A stretch of 64,000 bases of DNA from an uncultured delta proteobacterium (lineage in GTDB: Bacteria > Myxococcota > Myxococcia > Myxococcales > Myxococcaceae). The stretch is from contig CAVYSY010000033.1 of assembly GCA_963771175.1 (NCBI GenBank), forward strand, positions 480,001 to 544,000, read 5' to 3'. Of the stretch, positions 29,761 through 39,568 are shown piece after piece; positions within the stretch are counted from its first letter, which is position 1, and every line of letters starts with the position of its first letter. The notes under the pieces were generated by a model that saw only the letters and a program-made list of their open reading frames with translations, ran no database searches and was not told the origin of the DNA. A program made the position numbers and the translations under genes.

Positions 29761-32118
29761 AAGCACACGCTGGCGGAGGGCGGCGGCGGTCGCCCTCGTG
29801 CTGGTGGCGGCGGGAGCGTGGTTCGTCTCCAGCCTTCAGGACGGGCTGCTCGCATATGAGCCCTCGCGCCTCGTGCTGGACCGGCGGGGCGCGTACCTGG
29901 GCGAGGTGCCCGGAACGGGCGAGGAGCTCGGCTACTGGCCGGTGCCCTACGTGCTGCCCGAGCGCATCGTCCAGGCCACGCTCACCACCGAGGACCGGCA
30001 CTTCTACGAGCACCCGGGCGTGTACCTGCCATCGGTGGGGCGCGCGCTGGTGCAGAACGTGCGCAACCTGCGCGTCATCTCCGGAGCGTCCACGCTGGCC
30101 ATGCAGGTAGCGCGGATGCAGACGCCCGGGGAGCGCAACCTGGGGCGCAAGGCGCGCGAGGCGGTGGAGGCCCTGCTGCTGGTGCGCAAGCACGGGCACG
30201 AGAAGGTGCTGCGTCAGTACCTGACCATCGCCCCGTACGGAAACCGGGTGCACGGAGTGGTGCGCGCCGCGCGCCTCTACTTCGACAAACCGGTGGAGGA
30301 CCTGTCGTGGGCGCAGGCGGCCTTCCTCGCGGGCCTGCCGCAGCTGCCCGGGCGGATGAACCCGTACACGGAGGAGGGCCTGCGCCGCGCCCTCAAGCGC
30401 AGCCACCGCATCCTCCGCGCGCTACACGAGCAAGGGCGTCCTCTCGCGCGAGGAGCTGGAGCAGGCCCGGCAGGCGGACCTCGGCCTCGTGCCCCGACCC
30501 CAGCGCATGCCCGAGGCGCTGCACGCGGTGCTGGAGTGGAGCGAGCTGTCCCGCGCGCGTGCCCAGCCCATCTCCGACGGCCACGCTGGACCTGGAGATT
30601 CAATCGAAGGTGGCGCACATCCTCCAGACGAACCTCAACCGGCTGGATGGCACGGGGGCGGGCAACACCGCCGCGCTGGTGGTGGACACGGAGACGGGAG
30701 ACATCCTCGCGTACGTGGGCTCGCGGGACTTCTTCAGCGAGGAGCACCGAGGAGCCATCGACTTCGTGAAGCAGCGGCGCTCGCCGGGCTCCACGCTCAA
30801 GCCCTTCATCTACGGGCTGGCGCTGGAGAAAGGCTCCGTCACCGCCGCCACCGAGCTGGCGGATACGCCGATGGACCTGCGGACGGAGAGCGGGCGGAGC
30901 TACCTGCCGGAGAACGTCAACCACAACTTCCTCGGGCCCATGCTGCTGCGCGAGGCGCTGAGCAACTCGCGCAACATCCCCGCCCTGCGCGTGCTGGAGG
31001 AGGTGGGAGTGGAGTCAACGCTGCGCTTCCTGGAGAAGGCGGGCGTGGGCGGCATCTCGTACGAGCCGGACCGGTACGGGCTCGGGCTGGCGATCGGCAA
31101 CCTGCACGTCACGCTGGAGGAATTGACGAGGCTTTACCTCGTGCTCTCCCATGAGGGCGAGACGCGCCCGCTGCGGCGCTTCGTCGACGAGCCCGTGGCC
31201 CCCTCACGCCGGCTGATGACGCGCGAGGCGGCACAACTGGTGCGCCATATCCTCGCGGACCCGCTGGCCCGGAGGCCGACGTTCGCCGCGGGCAGCGCGT
31301 TGGACTACCCGTACGCGGTGGCGGTGAAGACAGGCACCAGCCAGGGCTACCGCGACGCGTGGGCGGTGGCCTTCAGCGACCGGCTGCTCGTGGCCGTGTG
31401 GGTGGGCAACCACGACTGGCGCCGGATGAACGGCCTGGGCGGGCTCATGGGCGCGGCCGGCGCGGTGCATGAAATCCTGGACGCGGTGATGCCCGAGTGG
31501 CGCCCGTACCGGCCGGTGCTCGACACCTTCCCGCCGCCCGGGGGCGCGCTGGCGGTAGACGTGTGCACGCTGTCGGGCCGGCTGGCCGGCTCGGAGTGCC
31601 CGCACCGCAAGAGCGAGTGGTTCGTCCCGGGCACGGCCCCGACGGAGCCCTGCCCCTTCCACGCGCGCGTGAAGCTGGACCGGCGCAACGGCCTGCGCGC
31701 GGGCCCCACCTGCCCGGAGCGCGAGGTGGTGACGCGGGTGATGCTCGCGCTGCCCGAGGAGTACGCGCAGTGGGCGCGGCGGCAGCACCTGGACATCGCG
31801 CCGCTGCGGGAGAGCCCGCTCTGCCCGACCCACCCGGAGGAGTTGGAGCCGAAGGTGGCCATCCGCGAGCCAAGGGGCACGGTGCGACTGCTGTACGATC
31901 CGGACACGCCAGCCTCGGCCTCGACACTCCGGCTGGCGGCGGACGTGACACCGAGCACGGAGCCCATCGTGTGGATCGTCGACGGCGTGCCGGTGGCCAC
32001 GGTGAGCTGGCCGCACGAGTTCCGCTGGAGCGTCAGGCCCGGCCAGCACGTCATCACCGCGGCCATGGTGCACCGGCCCCAGGTCAGCCAGCCGGTGACG
32101 GTGGTAGTGGAAGATTAA
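29750..32118 (+). CDS. pbpC: Penicillin-binding protein 1C, about 788 aa (two apparent +1 frameshifts near 30434 and 30577)
   Basis: Transglycosylase motifs EDRHFYEHPGV and SGASTLAMQ; transpeptidase motifs STLK, SRN and KTGT; lies downstream of alpha-2-macroglobulin. Confidence 0.92.
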
Positions 32119-32128
32119 TACTACCCAG

Positions 32129-32876
32129 TCACTTGTCCCGGCTCCCCAGTGGGTACGGTTTGTTCGCCCACTTTGCACGCATCCGTGCCGCCCTTTTTCG
32201 CAGCTCGGCGAGATCGAGCGGGTTGGTCGCACGCCCCCAGTGCGCCACTACATGGCAATTCGGGCAGAGCAAAAGAAAGTCCTCCTTTTTGGGAGTCTTC
32301 ATGCCCTGCCCGACGGGCCGCTTGTGATGCACATGAATCAGCGTCTCGTACTCGGGGCCGTAGGCGTCGAAGCTCAGGTCGCATGCCTCGCAGGCATAGG
32401 GCTTCGAACGGCCTTGCAGTACAATTTTCCGGTTCCGGCTGCTCCGTTCAATCGCGTGGTGCGTGACGAGCTTCTTTCGGCCTTCCTCTTCGAGCGCTTC
32501 GTCAGTCGTGAGGACCATTTCATCTGGGGCGTCGGCGGGCGGGAACAGCGTCAGCACTCGGGCCGGACACTTCTTGCAGCGAGTGATCTTCCTCGAACGG
32601 CACGCCGTACCGGCTCACGAGGTGATCGATCAGCGCATTGGGGCTTTGGCTGCAGATCTTTTTGTACGCGCGCTGCGTCGCGCCGCCCGGACCATAGCGC
32701 TTATCGCTCGTTGCAATCCCACATTTCGCGCTGTGCAGCTTGACGTATCTCTCGCTCGTCTCCTGAAAGGTGTTGATGAAGAAGCCACCCCCGTTCTTCG
32801 CAACCCAGTCGAAGAAGGCTGTCGGCGGACTCGCGCTGTCAAACGTGCTGATCAACGCCTTCGGTTTCACAGGCAT
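32129..32876 (-). CDS. HNH endonuclease with an N-terminal Cys/His domain, about 248 aa (one apparent +1 frameshift near 32590)
   Basis: C-terminal EEGRKK..H..ER..CEAC..IHVHH..LCPNCH..H; N-terminal LHSAKC..KKICS..RCKKC once the frames are joined; visibly lower GC. Confidence 0.8.
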
Positions 32877-32960
32877 GCTCAACCTCAATGAGTAAGGAGC
32901 TAAACGGTACGCCGGGGTTATTTTTCACCTTTGCGAGATCGCTGGGCACCCAAATCTTCC

Positions 32961-33431
32961 ATGACCTTCAACGAACTTTCGGAGTTGCTGGAGAGGACCC
33001 CCGCGAAGAGCTTTGGCCAGGGGGTGAGCGACATGGAGCTCAACACCGCCAGTGCTGAACTGGGGGTGGACCTGACCGGTGGTTATCGGCTCTTCTTGAA
33101 GCGCTTTGGGTGGGGAGGCGTTGGGTCCATCGAGCTCTTTGGGCTCGGTGTGGATGTTCCGCCATACTTGAGCCTTACCGCGATGGCCAGGAGTGAGCGG
33201 GAGGAAGCGAGTCCCGCGCTCCCCGCGCATCTCCTTCCTTTGATGAACGACGGGGGAGGCAATCTCTACTGCCTTGATTCCCGGGTATCGGGAGAGCCCC
33301 CTGTGGTGTTCTGGGACCACACAGCCGGAGAGCAGCAGGAGCCCGCACGGGTGGCAGCTGACTTCACGACATGGCTGGCCGAACGGGTCGAGCGAGAGCT
33401 GGCTGGCGAGGCCGATGCTCAGGAATCGTAG
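32961..33431 (+). CDS. SMI1/KNR4 (SUKH) family protein
   Basis: ELGVDLTGGYRLFLKRFG, LMNDGGGNLYCLD, VVFWDH and VAADFTTWL motifs. Confidence 0.88.
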   Translation: MTFNELSELLERTPAKSFGQGVSDMELNTASAELGVDLTGGYRLFLKRFGWGGVGSIELFGLGVDVPPYLSLTAMARSEREEASPALPAHLLPLMNDGGGNLYCLDSRVSGEPPVVFWDHTAGEQQEPARVAADFTTWLAERVERELAGEADAQES

Positions 33432-33538
33432 CAGTTCACCCCATCTCGCTCAGCCCGGGATGCGCTCCCCATAGCAGGGGTGGAGAACGGGGCGTGCCCC
33501 GGTCCATGTCAGGGTGCCCCTCTAGAGTGCTCGGCGTC

Positions 33539-35947
33539 ATGAGACCCGAGAGAGAGCTGCACGACCTGTCTGGCGGGCAGAACGAGCCACTTCCGAAGCT
33601 GCCTGGGCGTGGCCAGTACACGGAGGGTGCCCGCCAGGAGAGGGTCGAGTTCCTCCAGCAGCACACGGGTATGCCTTTGCAGGCCTTGCAGCCGCTGTCG
33701 CTGCGGCCCGAGTCGCTGCTCCACAACGTGGAGAACCTGCTCGGGGCGGTCGAAGTACCCGTGGGAGTGGCCGGGCCCCTGCTGTTCCAGGGCCAGCATG
33801 CCCAGGGCACGCTCTTCCTCCCCGTGGCCACCACCGAGGGGGCCCTGGTCGCCTCCATCTGCCGTGGAGCGACCGCGCTCTCGCGCTCGGGCGGAGTGGT
33901 CACCCGGGTCCTCGCACAGCGGATGGTGCGAGCCCCCTTCTTCGAGTTCGACGGACTGGAGGAGGCCTGGCGCTTCTGCCGACTGCTGGAGGACTGCCTG
34001 CCCGCCCTCCGCGCACAGGTGCGGCGCGTGTCCGGCCACGCTCACCTGCTGGGCGTGGAGACGCAGGTGCTCGGCCGCTGCGTCTACACCCACTTCGTCT
34101 ATGAGACGGCGGACGCGGCCGGGCAGAACATGACGACGAGCTGCACCTGGTTCGCCTGCCAATGGCTGCTCGAGCGCCTGGAGCAGACCGGTCCGCGTCC
34201 GCGAATGTTCGTCGTGGACGGCAATGCCAGCGGCGACAAGAAAGTCGGCTTCCAGTCGTTCCTCGCCGGGCGGGGCACGCGCGTGGTGGCCGAGGTCCTG
34301 CTGACGCGCCAGAGCATCGAGCAGGTGCTGAAGACGACGCCCCAGGCACTCCTCGACGCCTACCAACTCTCGCTGGCCGCGGCCGTGCAGAGCGGGATGA
34401 TGGGCCACAACGTCAACGTGTCCAACGTGGTGGCTGGCGCCTTCGTCGCCACCGGCCAGGACGTCGCCTGCGTGCACGAGTCCAGCGTGGCTCAGCTGAT
34501 GCTGCGCCCCGAGCCGGAGGGCCTCTATGCCTCGATGCTGCTGCCCAGCCTGGTGGTGGGCACGGTGGGCGGTGGCACCCACCTGCCCCGGCAGCGAGCC
34601 CTGCTGGAGATGATGGGGTGTGCGGGCGAGGGGCAGACCCCGCGACTGGCGGAGATCATCGCTGGCTTCGCCCTGGCATTGGATCTCTCCACGCTCAGCG
34701 CGGTGATCAGCGGGCAGTTCGCCGCCGCGCACGAGCGGCTGGGGCGTAACCGCCCCGTGCGCTTCTTCTCCCGCGAGGATCTGACGGCGGACTTGCTGAA
34801 GCCGGCCCTGGAGCGCGCGGTACCGGGCGCCGAGTTGCTGGCGCTCGAGCCGCTGGGAGACCTGTCCCCAGGCGCCGGACTGCTCACCGAGCTCACCTCG
34901 CGCCGGCTCGGCCGCTCCAAGCAGATTGGCCACCAGCCCATGCGACTGCGGTACCGCACGGTCGGGGGCGAGCACGGCAGCCTCGAGCTCATGGTCAAGC
35001 TCAAGCCGCTGGACGAGGAGGTACTGCTGGCGGCTGGCACCGTGGCCGCGCTCGGAGGTGAGCGGCTGGCGCGGGCCTGGAGCCACTTCGGACGCCGCGT
35101 GGGTTTCGTCGGTACCCATTTGCGCGAGCTGGCCCTCGCGGAGCTGCGGGACGAGCGTCTGCGGCGGCACGCGCCGACGGTGTACCTCACCCACCGCGAC
35201 GACGCGCGCGAGGCCTATGTGCTGGTCATGGAGCTGCTGCGGGACGTGGAGCTGCTCGACAGCGCCGATGACCCGAGCGGCTGGGGCCCGGCGCAGCTGG
35301 AGGCGGCCCTGCGGGGCATCGCCCAGGTCCATGCCATCTGGTACGGGCGTGAGGACGAGCTGCTCGCACAGCCGTGGCTCGGCTACTGCTGGACAGCGCG
35401 GGGCATGGTCGAAGCGCGGGAGCTGTGGGAGGCGCTTCTGCGCCTGGCCGCGGACGAGTTGCCCGAGTGGTTCCCCCCCGAGGAGCTCGCCCTGCACGAG
35501 CGGCTGCTGGACACACTGCCCGAGTGGTGGGGGCAACTCGAGGCCCATCCCCGCACGCTCGTGCACAACGACTTCAACCCCCGCAACATCGCCCTGCGTG
35601 CCACTGGGGAGGGGCCGCGCCTGTGTGCCTATGACTGGGAGCTGGCCACCGCCCGCGCGCCCCAGCACGACCTGGCCGAGCTGCTCTCTTTCGTCCTCAC
35701 ACCCCAGGCCACGCACGCGCAGGTGGGGGCTCTGGTGGAGCTCCACCGACAGGCGCTCCAGGAGGCCACCGGCAGGCCCTTGGAGGCGCGGTCGTGGCGA
35801 GCCGGCTACGCGCTGTGCCTGCAGGACTTGCTGCTCCACCGCATGGGCCTGTACCTGCAGAGTCACGTCCACCGCGCCCAGCCCTTCACCGAGCGGGTGC
35901 TGCGTACCCTGCGCCACCTCATCCGCCTCGAGCGAGGCGAGAGCTGA
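33539..35947 (+). CDS. Class I HMG-CoA reductase-like domain fused to an APH/choline-kinase-like phosphotransferase, 802 aa
   Basis: ENLLG..VPVGVAGPL, ATTEGALVAS, DAAGQNM, GNASGDKK, TGQDVA, VGTVGGGT, AHERLGR; then TLVHNDFNPRNI and YDWE in the same frame. Confidence 0.9.
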   Translation: MRPERELHDLSGGQNEPLPKLPGRGQYTEGARQERVEFLQQHTGMPLQALQPLSLRPESLLHNVENLLGAVEVPVGVAGPLLFQGQHAQGTLFLPVATTEGALVASICRGATALSRSGGVVTRVLAQRMVRAPFFEFDGLEEAWRFCRLLEDCLPALRAQVRRVSGHAHLLGVETQVLGRCVYTHFVYETADAAGQNMTTSCTWFACQWLLERLEQTGPRPRMFVVDGNASGDKKVGFQSFLAGRGTRVVAEVLLTRQSIEQVLKTTPQALLDAYQLSLAAAVQSGMMGHNVNVSNVVAGAFVATGQDVACVHESSVAQLMLRPEPEGLYASMLLPSLVVGTVGGGTHLPRQRALLEMMGCAGEGQTPRLAEIIAGFALALDLSTLSAVISGQFAAAHERLGRNRPVRFFSREDLTADLLKPALERAVPGAELLALEPLGDLSPGAGLLTELTSRRLGRSKQIGHQPMRLRYRTVGGEHGSLELMVKLKPLDEEVLLAAGTVAALGGERLARAWSHFGRRVGFVGTHLRELALAELRDERLRRHAPTVYLTHRDDAREAYVLVMELLRDVELLDSADDPSGWGPAQLEAALRGIAQVHAIWYGREDELLAQPWLGYCWTARGMVEARELWEALLRLAADELPEWFPPEELALHERLLDTLPEWWGQLEAHPRTLVHNDFNPRNIALRATGEGPRLCAYDWELATARAPQHDLAELLSFVLTPQATHAQVGALVELHRQALQEATGRPLEARSWRAGYALCLQDLLLHRMGLYLQSHVHRAQPFTERVLRTLRHLIRLERGES

Positions 35948-35948
35948 C

Positions 35949-36872
35949 ATGGCACCGCTCGCCCTCTGTCTGGAGGTGCTGCCGCGGCTGCAGATCGCCT
36001 TCGCCGCCTTCCTCGCACTGCTGGCCTTCGCCCCGCAGAGCCGCCGGCTGTCCGCCGCCACCCGTCGCGGGCTGTGGATCAAACTGGTCGTCTTCTACCT
36101 CATCACCCACCTCTTCCTGCTGCTGCTGACGCTGGGCGGGGTGTGGCTCCACGCCGGCCTGCTCCTGGTGGGGATGGCGGCCTGCCGCGAGCTGGTGGGG
36201 GTGCTCCTGCCCGAGCCTGGGCAGGCCCCCTACCGCGCCATGGCCTGGGCCGGGTCGCTCGCCGCGCTGCTGCTCGCCCCCTCCGAGACGGCCGAGGGGC
36301 CCCTGCTGCTCGCGCTCCTGCTCGCCACGCTCGCCTTGCCCGTGCTCGGGCGCCGGCCCGCGGGCTGCCATGTGGCCGTGGCCTCCACGCTGCTGGTCGT
36401 GATGCTCGCCGGAGCTCTGCCCCTGCGGCTGCTGTGGCTGCGCCAGGAGCAGGGCCTCGCCGCGGCCTTCCTCTTCCTGCTCATCGTCCTCAATGACGGG
36501 TTCGCCGAGGCCTGCGGGCGGTTGTTCGGGCGCCGCCCCTTCTTCCAATCCATCAGCCCCCAGAAGACGCTCGAGGGGGCATTGGGAGGCACCGCCGCGG
36601 CTCTTGCCGGGGCACTGCTCTTCCACCCCCTGCTGCCAATTCCCGCCTGGCAGCGGCTGCTGCTGGGGCTCGTCGCTTCCGTGGCCGGCCACCTGGGAGA
36701 CCTGGTCTTCTCGGCCCTCAAGCGCAGCGTGGGGCGTAAGGACTTCGACTCGCTGCTGCCGTCCCATGGTGGGGTGCTGGACCGATTCGACAGCCTGTGG
36801 GTGGCCGCTCCCGCCTTCCACCATGCCTACGGCGCACTCATCTCGCTCACCCAGGAAGGAAGGACTCCATGA
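35949..36872 (+). CDS. Phosphatidate cytidylyltransferase family (CTP_transf_1) membrane protein
   Basis: NDGFA, ISPQKTLEG, GDLVFSALKR..GRKD..LLPSHGGVLDRFDS. Confidence 0.9.
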   Translation: MAPLALCLEVLPRLQIAFAAFLALLAFAPQSRRLSAATRRGLWIKLVVFYLITHLFLLLLTLGGVWLHAGLLLVGMAACRELVGVLLPEPGQAPYRAMAWAGSLAALLLAPSETAEGPLLLALLLATLALPVLGRRPAGCHVAVASTLLVVMLAGALPLRLLWLRQEQGLAAAFLFLLIVLNDGFAEACGRLFGRRPFFQSISPQKTLEGALGGTAAALAGALLFHPLLPIPAWQRLLLGLVASVAGHLGDLVFSALKRSVGRKDFDSLLPSHGGVLDRFDSLWVAAPAFHHAYGALISLTQEGRTP

Positions 36873-39568
36873 GCCATACCCCGTTCTGCCTCCTGTCCGA
36901 GGCTCGCGCACCCGCGCAGGTGGGAGGCAAGGCTCACTCCCTATGCCGCATGCTCGAGCTGGGACTGCCTGTTCCCGAGGGCTTCGTTGTCACCGATCTG
37001 GCCTTCCAGGCCTTCCTCGAGCAGGAGGACCTCGGTGCGCGACTGGCCAGACTGCGGGAGGGGCTCGTCCCCGGAGGGCTGGAGGCCATCCATCACGCCT
37101 CGCGGCAGATACAGGAACTGGTGCGCCAGACGCCCCTCCCAGAGCCCCTGCGCGCCGAGCTGGCCCGCTGGCGCGAGCGGGAGCTGGCCGCTCAGGAGCT
37201 CATCGTCCGCAGCTCCGCCGTGGGCGAAGACTCGAACGCCGCATCCTTCGCCGGACAGCTCGACTCCATCATCGGCGTGCGCACCCAGCAGGAGCTCGAA
37301 CGCGCGCTGGTGGACTGCTGGGCCTCCTACTGGTCAGCCCGCTCGCTGGCCTACCAGCTCGCGCGGGGGGTGGCGCTCTCCGGTATGGGCGTCATCGTCC
37401 AGCGGCTGGTGCACCCGCGACTGGCCGGAGTGCTCTTCACCCAGGGCCCCCAGCTCGAACAGGGGAAGATGCTGGCCGAGTACTGCCACGGTCACGGAGA
37501 GGCGCTCGTGTCCGGCCGCGTCGACCCCGGCCGCTTCACCCTCTCTCGCGCGGACGGCTCCTGGCATCGGCTCTCGTGGCCCGAGCACGTGGTGCCCCAG
37601 GACGAGGGGCTGCTGTTCTGCCCCGCCGCCCTGGAGTCCCTGCGCGCTGGAGGGCTGAGGCTCGAGGAGCGACTGGGCGGGCCGCAGGACGTGGAGTGGG
37701 TGGTGGATGAGCAGGGGCGGGTCCTCTTCGTCCAGTCGCGACCCATCACCGCCCCGCTGGAGGCTCGGCCGGCGGCCCCCGTGGCCCCCAGGCCTCCCGA
37801 GCCCCCGCGCCGCCCCATTCTCTGGTCCAACGCCAACATCAACGAGAACTTCCCGGACCCGGTCACGCCACTGCTGTATTCGGTGGCGGCGGAGGGCTAC
37901 TACCACTACTTCCGCAACCTGGCGCTGGTGCTGGGAGTGGAGCCCGAGCGGGTACGGCGCATGGAGCACCCGCTGCGCCAGCTCATCGGCGTGCATGGTG
38001 CACGGCTGTACTACAACCTCACGCACATCCACGACTTCCTGCGCAGCGCCCCCTTCGGCGAGCAGCTCAGCGGCTACTTCGATCGGTTCATCGGCGCCTC
38101 CTTCCAGGAAGGAGCCGAGGCGCGCGACGCGGGGGCGCGGTCCGGGGCGGGGCTGACCGAGGCGCTGGAGGTGGCCCGCATCTTCCTGTCCACCACGCAT
38201 GTGTACTCGGAGCTGGAGGAGCATATCCGCCAGTTCGAGCAGCGGGTCGAGGCCTTCAGCGCGCGCACCCACCCGCGCCTGCTGCGGGAGCGAGACTTGA
38301 TAGGGCTGCGCGAGGACCTTCGCGGCTTCCTGGAGATTCGCTTCCACCGCTGGGTGCAGGCCTCACTCGCGGACGCGGCGGCCATGGTGTGCTTCGGGGT
38401 GCTCGAGCAGGTGCTGGAAGCGGCCATGCCGGAGCCGGAGGAGCGCGCGCTGCATGGCACGCTGCTCAAGGGGCTGTCCGGACTGGTGAGCAGCGCCCCC
38501 ATCGAGCGGCTCTGGGAGCTGTCGCGGCAGGTGCGCGGCGACCGGCGGCTGCGCGAGCTCTTCGAGCGTGAGAAGGGCGCGGCGCTGCTGGAGCAGGTGA
38601 GGGCCGGCTCCTTTCCCGAGTTCCACAAGGCGCTCGAGCGCTACCTGGAGGACTGGGGCTTTCGTGGCTCGGGGGAGCTGATGCTCACCGTGCCGAACTT
38701 CCAGGAGGAGCCGGCGGGGCTGCTGGAGCTGCTGCGCGGCTACGTATCGCTGGAGGGGCCCTCGCCGGCCGAGCTGCTCCGGCAGCAGGGAGCGGAGCGG
38801 GAGGCGGCCACGGCCCGGGTGCTGGCGAGGCTGAGGCAGCGCGCGCTGGTGCCCGGGATGCCCCGGGCTCTCCAGGCGAGGCTCTTCTCGCGGCTGCTGG
38901 ATTGGACACAGCGGGCCATCGCCTTTCGCGAGCGGGCCCGGCTCAAGCAAGCCCTGCTCTACACCCGGCTGCGCGCCATTTCCCTGGCCATCGGCCAGCG
39001 ACTGGTGGAGCACGGCCGGGTGGAACGGAGGGAGGATGCGTTCTTCCTGACCTGGCAGGAGTTGGAGTCCCTGCTCGGGGGAAGTGCCATGTTCCCCCAG
39101 GGCGTGGCGGAACTGGTGGCCCTGCGCCGCCGCCAGCACGAGGTGCTCTCCAAGCAGCGCCCGCCGGATCGACTGGTGCTTCCCGAAGGGGCGTCCTGGG
39201 AGCCCGAGCCGTGGGCCTCCGCTGCCGAGCCCGCCATGGCGGGGCGCGGGGTGCTGTCCGGGGTGGGGACATGTGGCGGGCGGGTGAGTGCTCCCGCCGC
39301 GGTGATCCAGGAGCTGGCCGAGGCTCACCGATTGGCCCCCGGCGACATCCTCGTCACCCGGCAGACGGATCCGGGCTGGGCGCCGGTGTTCTTCCTCATC
39401 AAGGGACTGATCATGGAGCGAGGGGGCATGCTCTCACACGGTTCGATCATCGCTCGCGAGCTGGGCATACCGGCGGTGGTCGGAGCGAAGGATGCGACAC
39501 GGCGGATCCGCCACGGGCAGGTGGTGGATCTGGATGGGGACCTGGGCCATGTGCGCCTGGGGGAGTGA
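36869..39568 (+). CDS. PEP-synthase / rifampin-phosphotransferase-like dikinase, 899 aa
   Basis: VGGKA, VRSSAVGED..SFAGQ, GEALVSG, PQDVEW, VQSRPIT; C-terminal phospho-His domain TDPGW..GGMLSHGSIIARELGIPAVVG; ATGA overlap with the previous gene. Confidence 0.92.
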   Translation: MSHTPFCLLSEARAPAQVGGKAHSLCRMLELGLPVPEGFVVTDLAFQAFLEQEDLGARLARLREGLVPGGLEAIHHASRQIQELVRQTPLPEPLRAELARWRERELAAQELIVRSSAVGEDSNAASFAGQLDSIIGVRTQQELERALVDCWASYWSARSLAYQLARGVALSGMGVIVQRLVHPRLAGVLFTQGPQLEQGKMLAEYCHGHGEALVSGRVDPGRFTLSRADGSWHRLSWPEHVVPQDEGLLFCPAALESLRAGGLRLEERLGGPQDVEWVVDEQGRVLFVQSRPITAPLEARPAAPVAPRPPEPPRRPILWSNANINENFPDPVTPLLYSVAAEGYYHYFRNLALVLGVEPERVRRMEHPLRQLIGVHGARLYYNLTHIHDFLRSAPFGEQLSGYFDRFIGASFQEGAEARDAGARSGAGLTEALEVARIFLSTTHVYSELEEHIRQFEQRVEAFSARTHPRLLRERDLIGLREDLRGFLEIRFHRWVQASLADAAAMVCFGVLEQVLEAAMPEPEERALHGTLLKGLSGLVSSAPIERLWELSRQVRGDRRLRELFEREKGAALLEQVRAGSFPEFHKALERYLEDWGFRGSGELMLTVPNFQEEPAGLLELLRGYVSLEGPSPAELLRQQGAEREAATARVLARLRQRALVPGMPRALQARLFSRLLDWTQRAIAFRERARLKQALLYTRLRAISLAIGQRLVEHGRVERREDAFFLTWQELESLLGGSAMFPQGVAELVALRRRQHEVLSKQRPPDRLVLPEGASWEPEPWASAAEPAMAGRGVLSGVGTCGGRVSAPAAVIQELAEAHRLAPGDILVTRQTDPGWAPVFFLIKGLIMERGGMLSHGSIIARELGIPAVVGAKDATRRIRHGQVVDLDGDLGHVRLGE

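Noticed and set aside
18712..29766. Very long minus-strand ORFs (1723 aa and 1635 aa), and many similar antisense ORFs elsewhere
   Set aside because: They are shadow frames of GC3-biased genes, have no motifs and mirror well-supported genes on the opposite strand.
32896..32964. Short frame ending in an ATGA overlap with the SMI1 start, a possible toxin-tip remnant
   Set aside because: Only 22 codons, with no start and no recognisable toxin motif.
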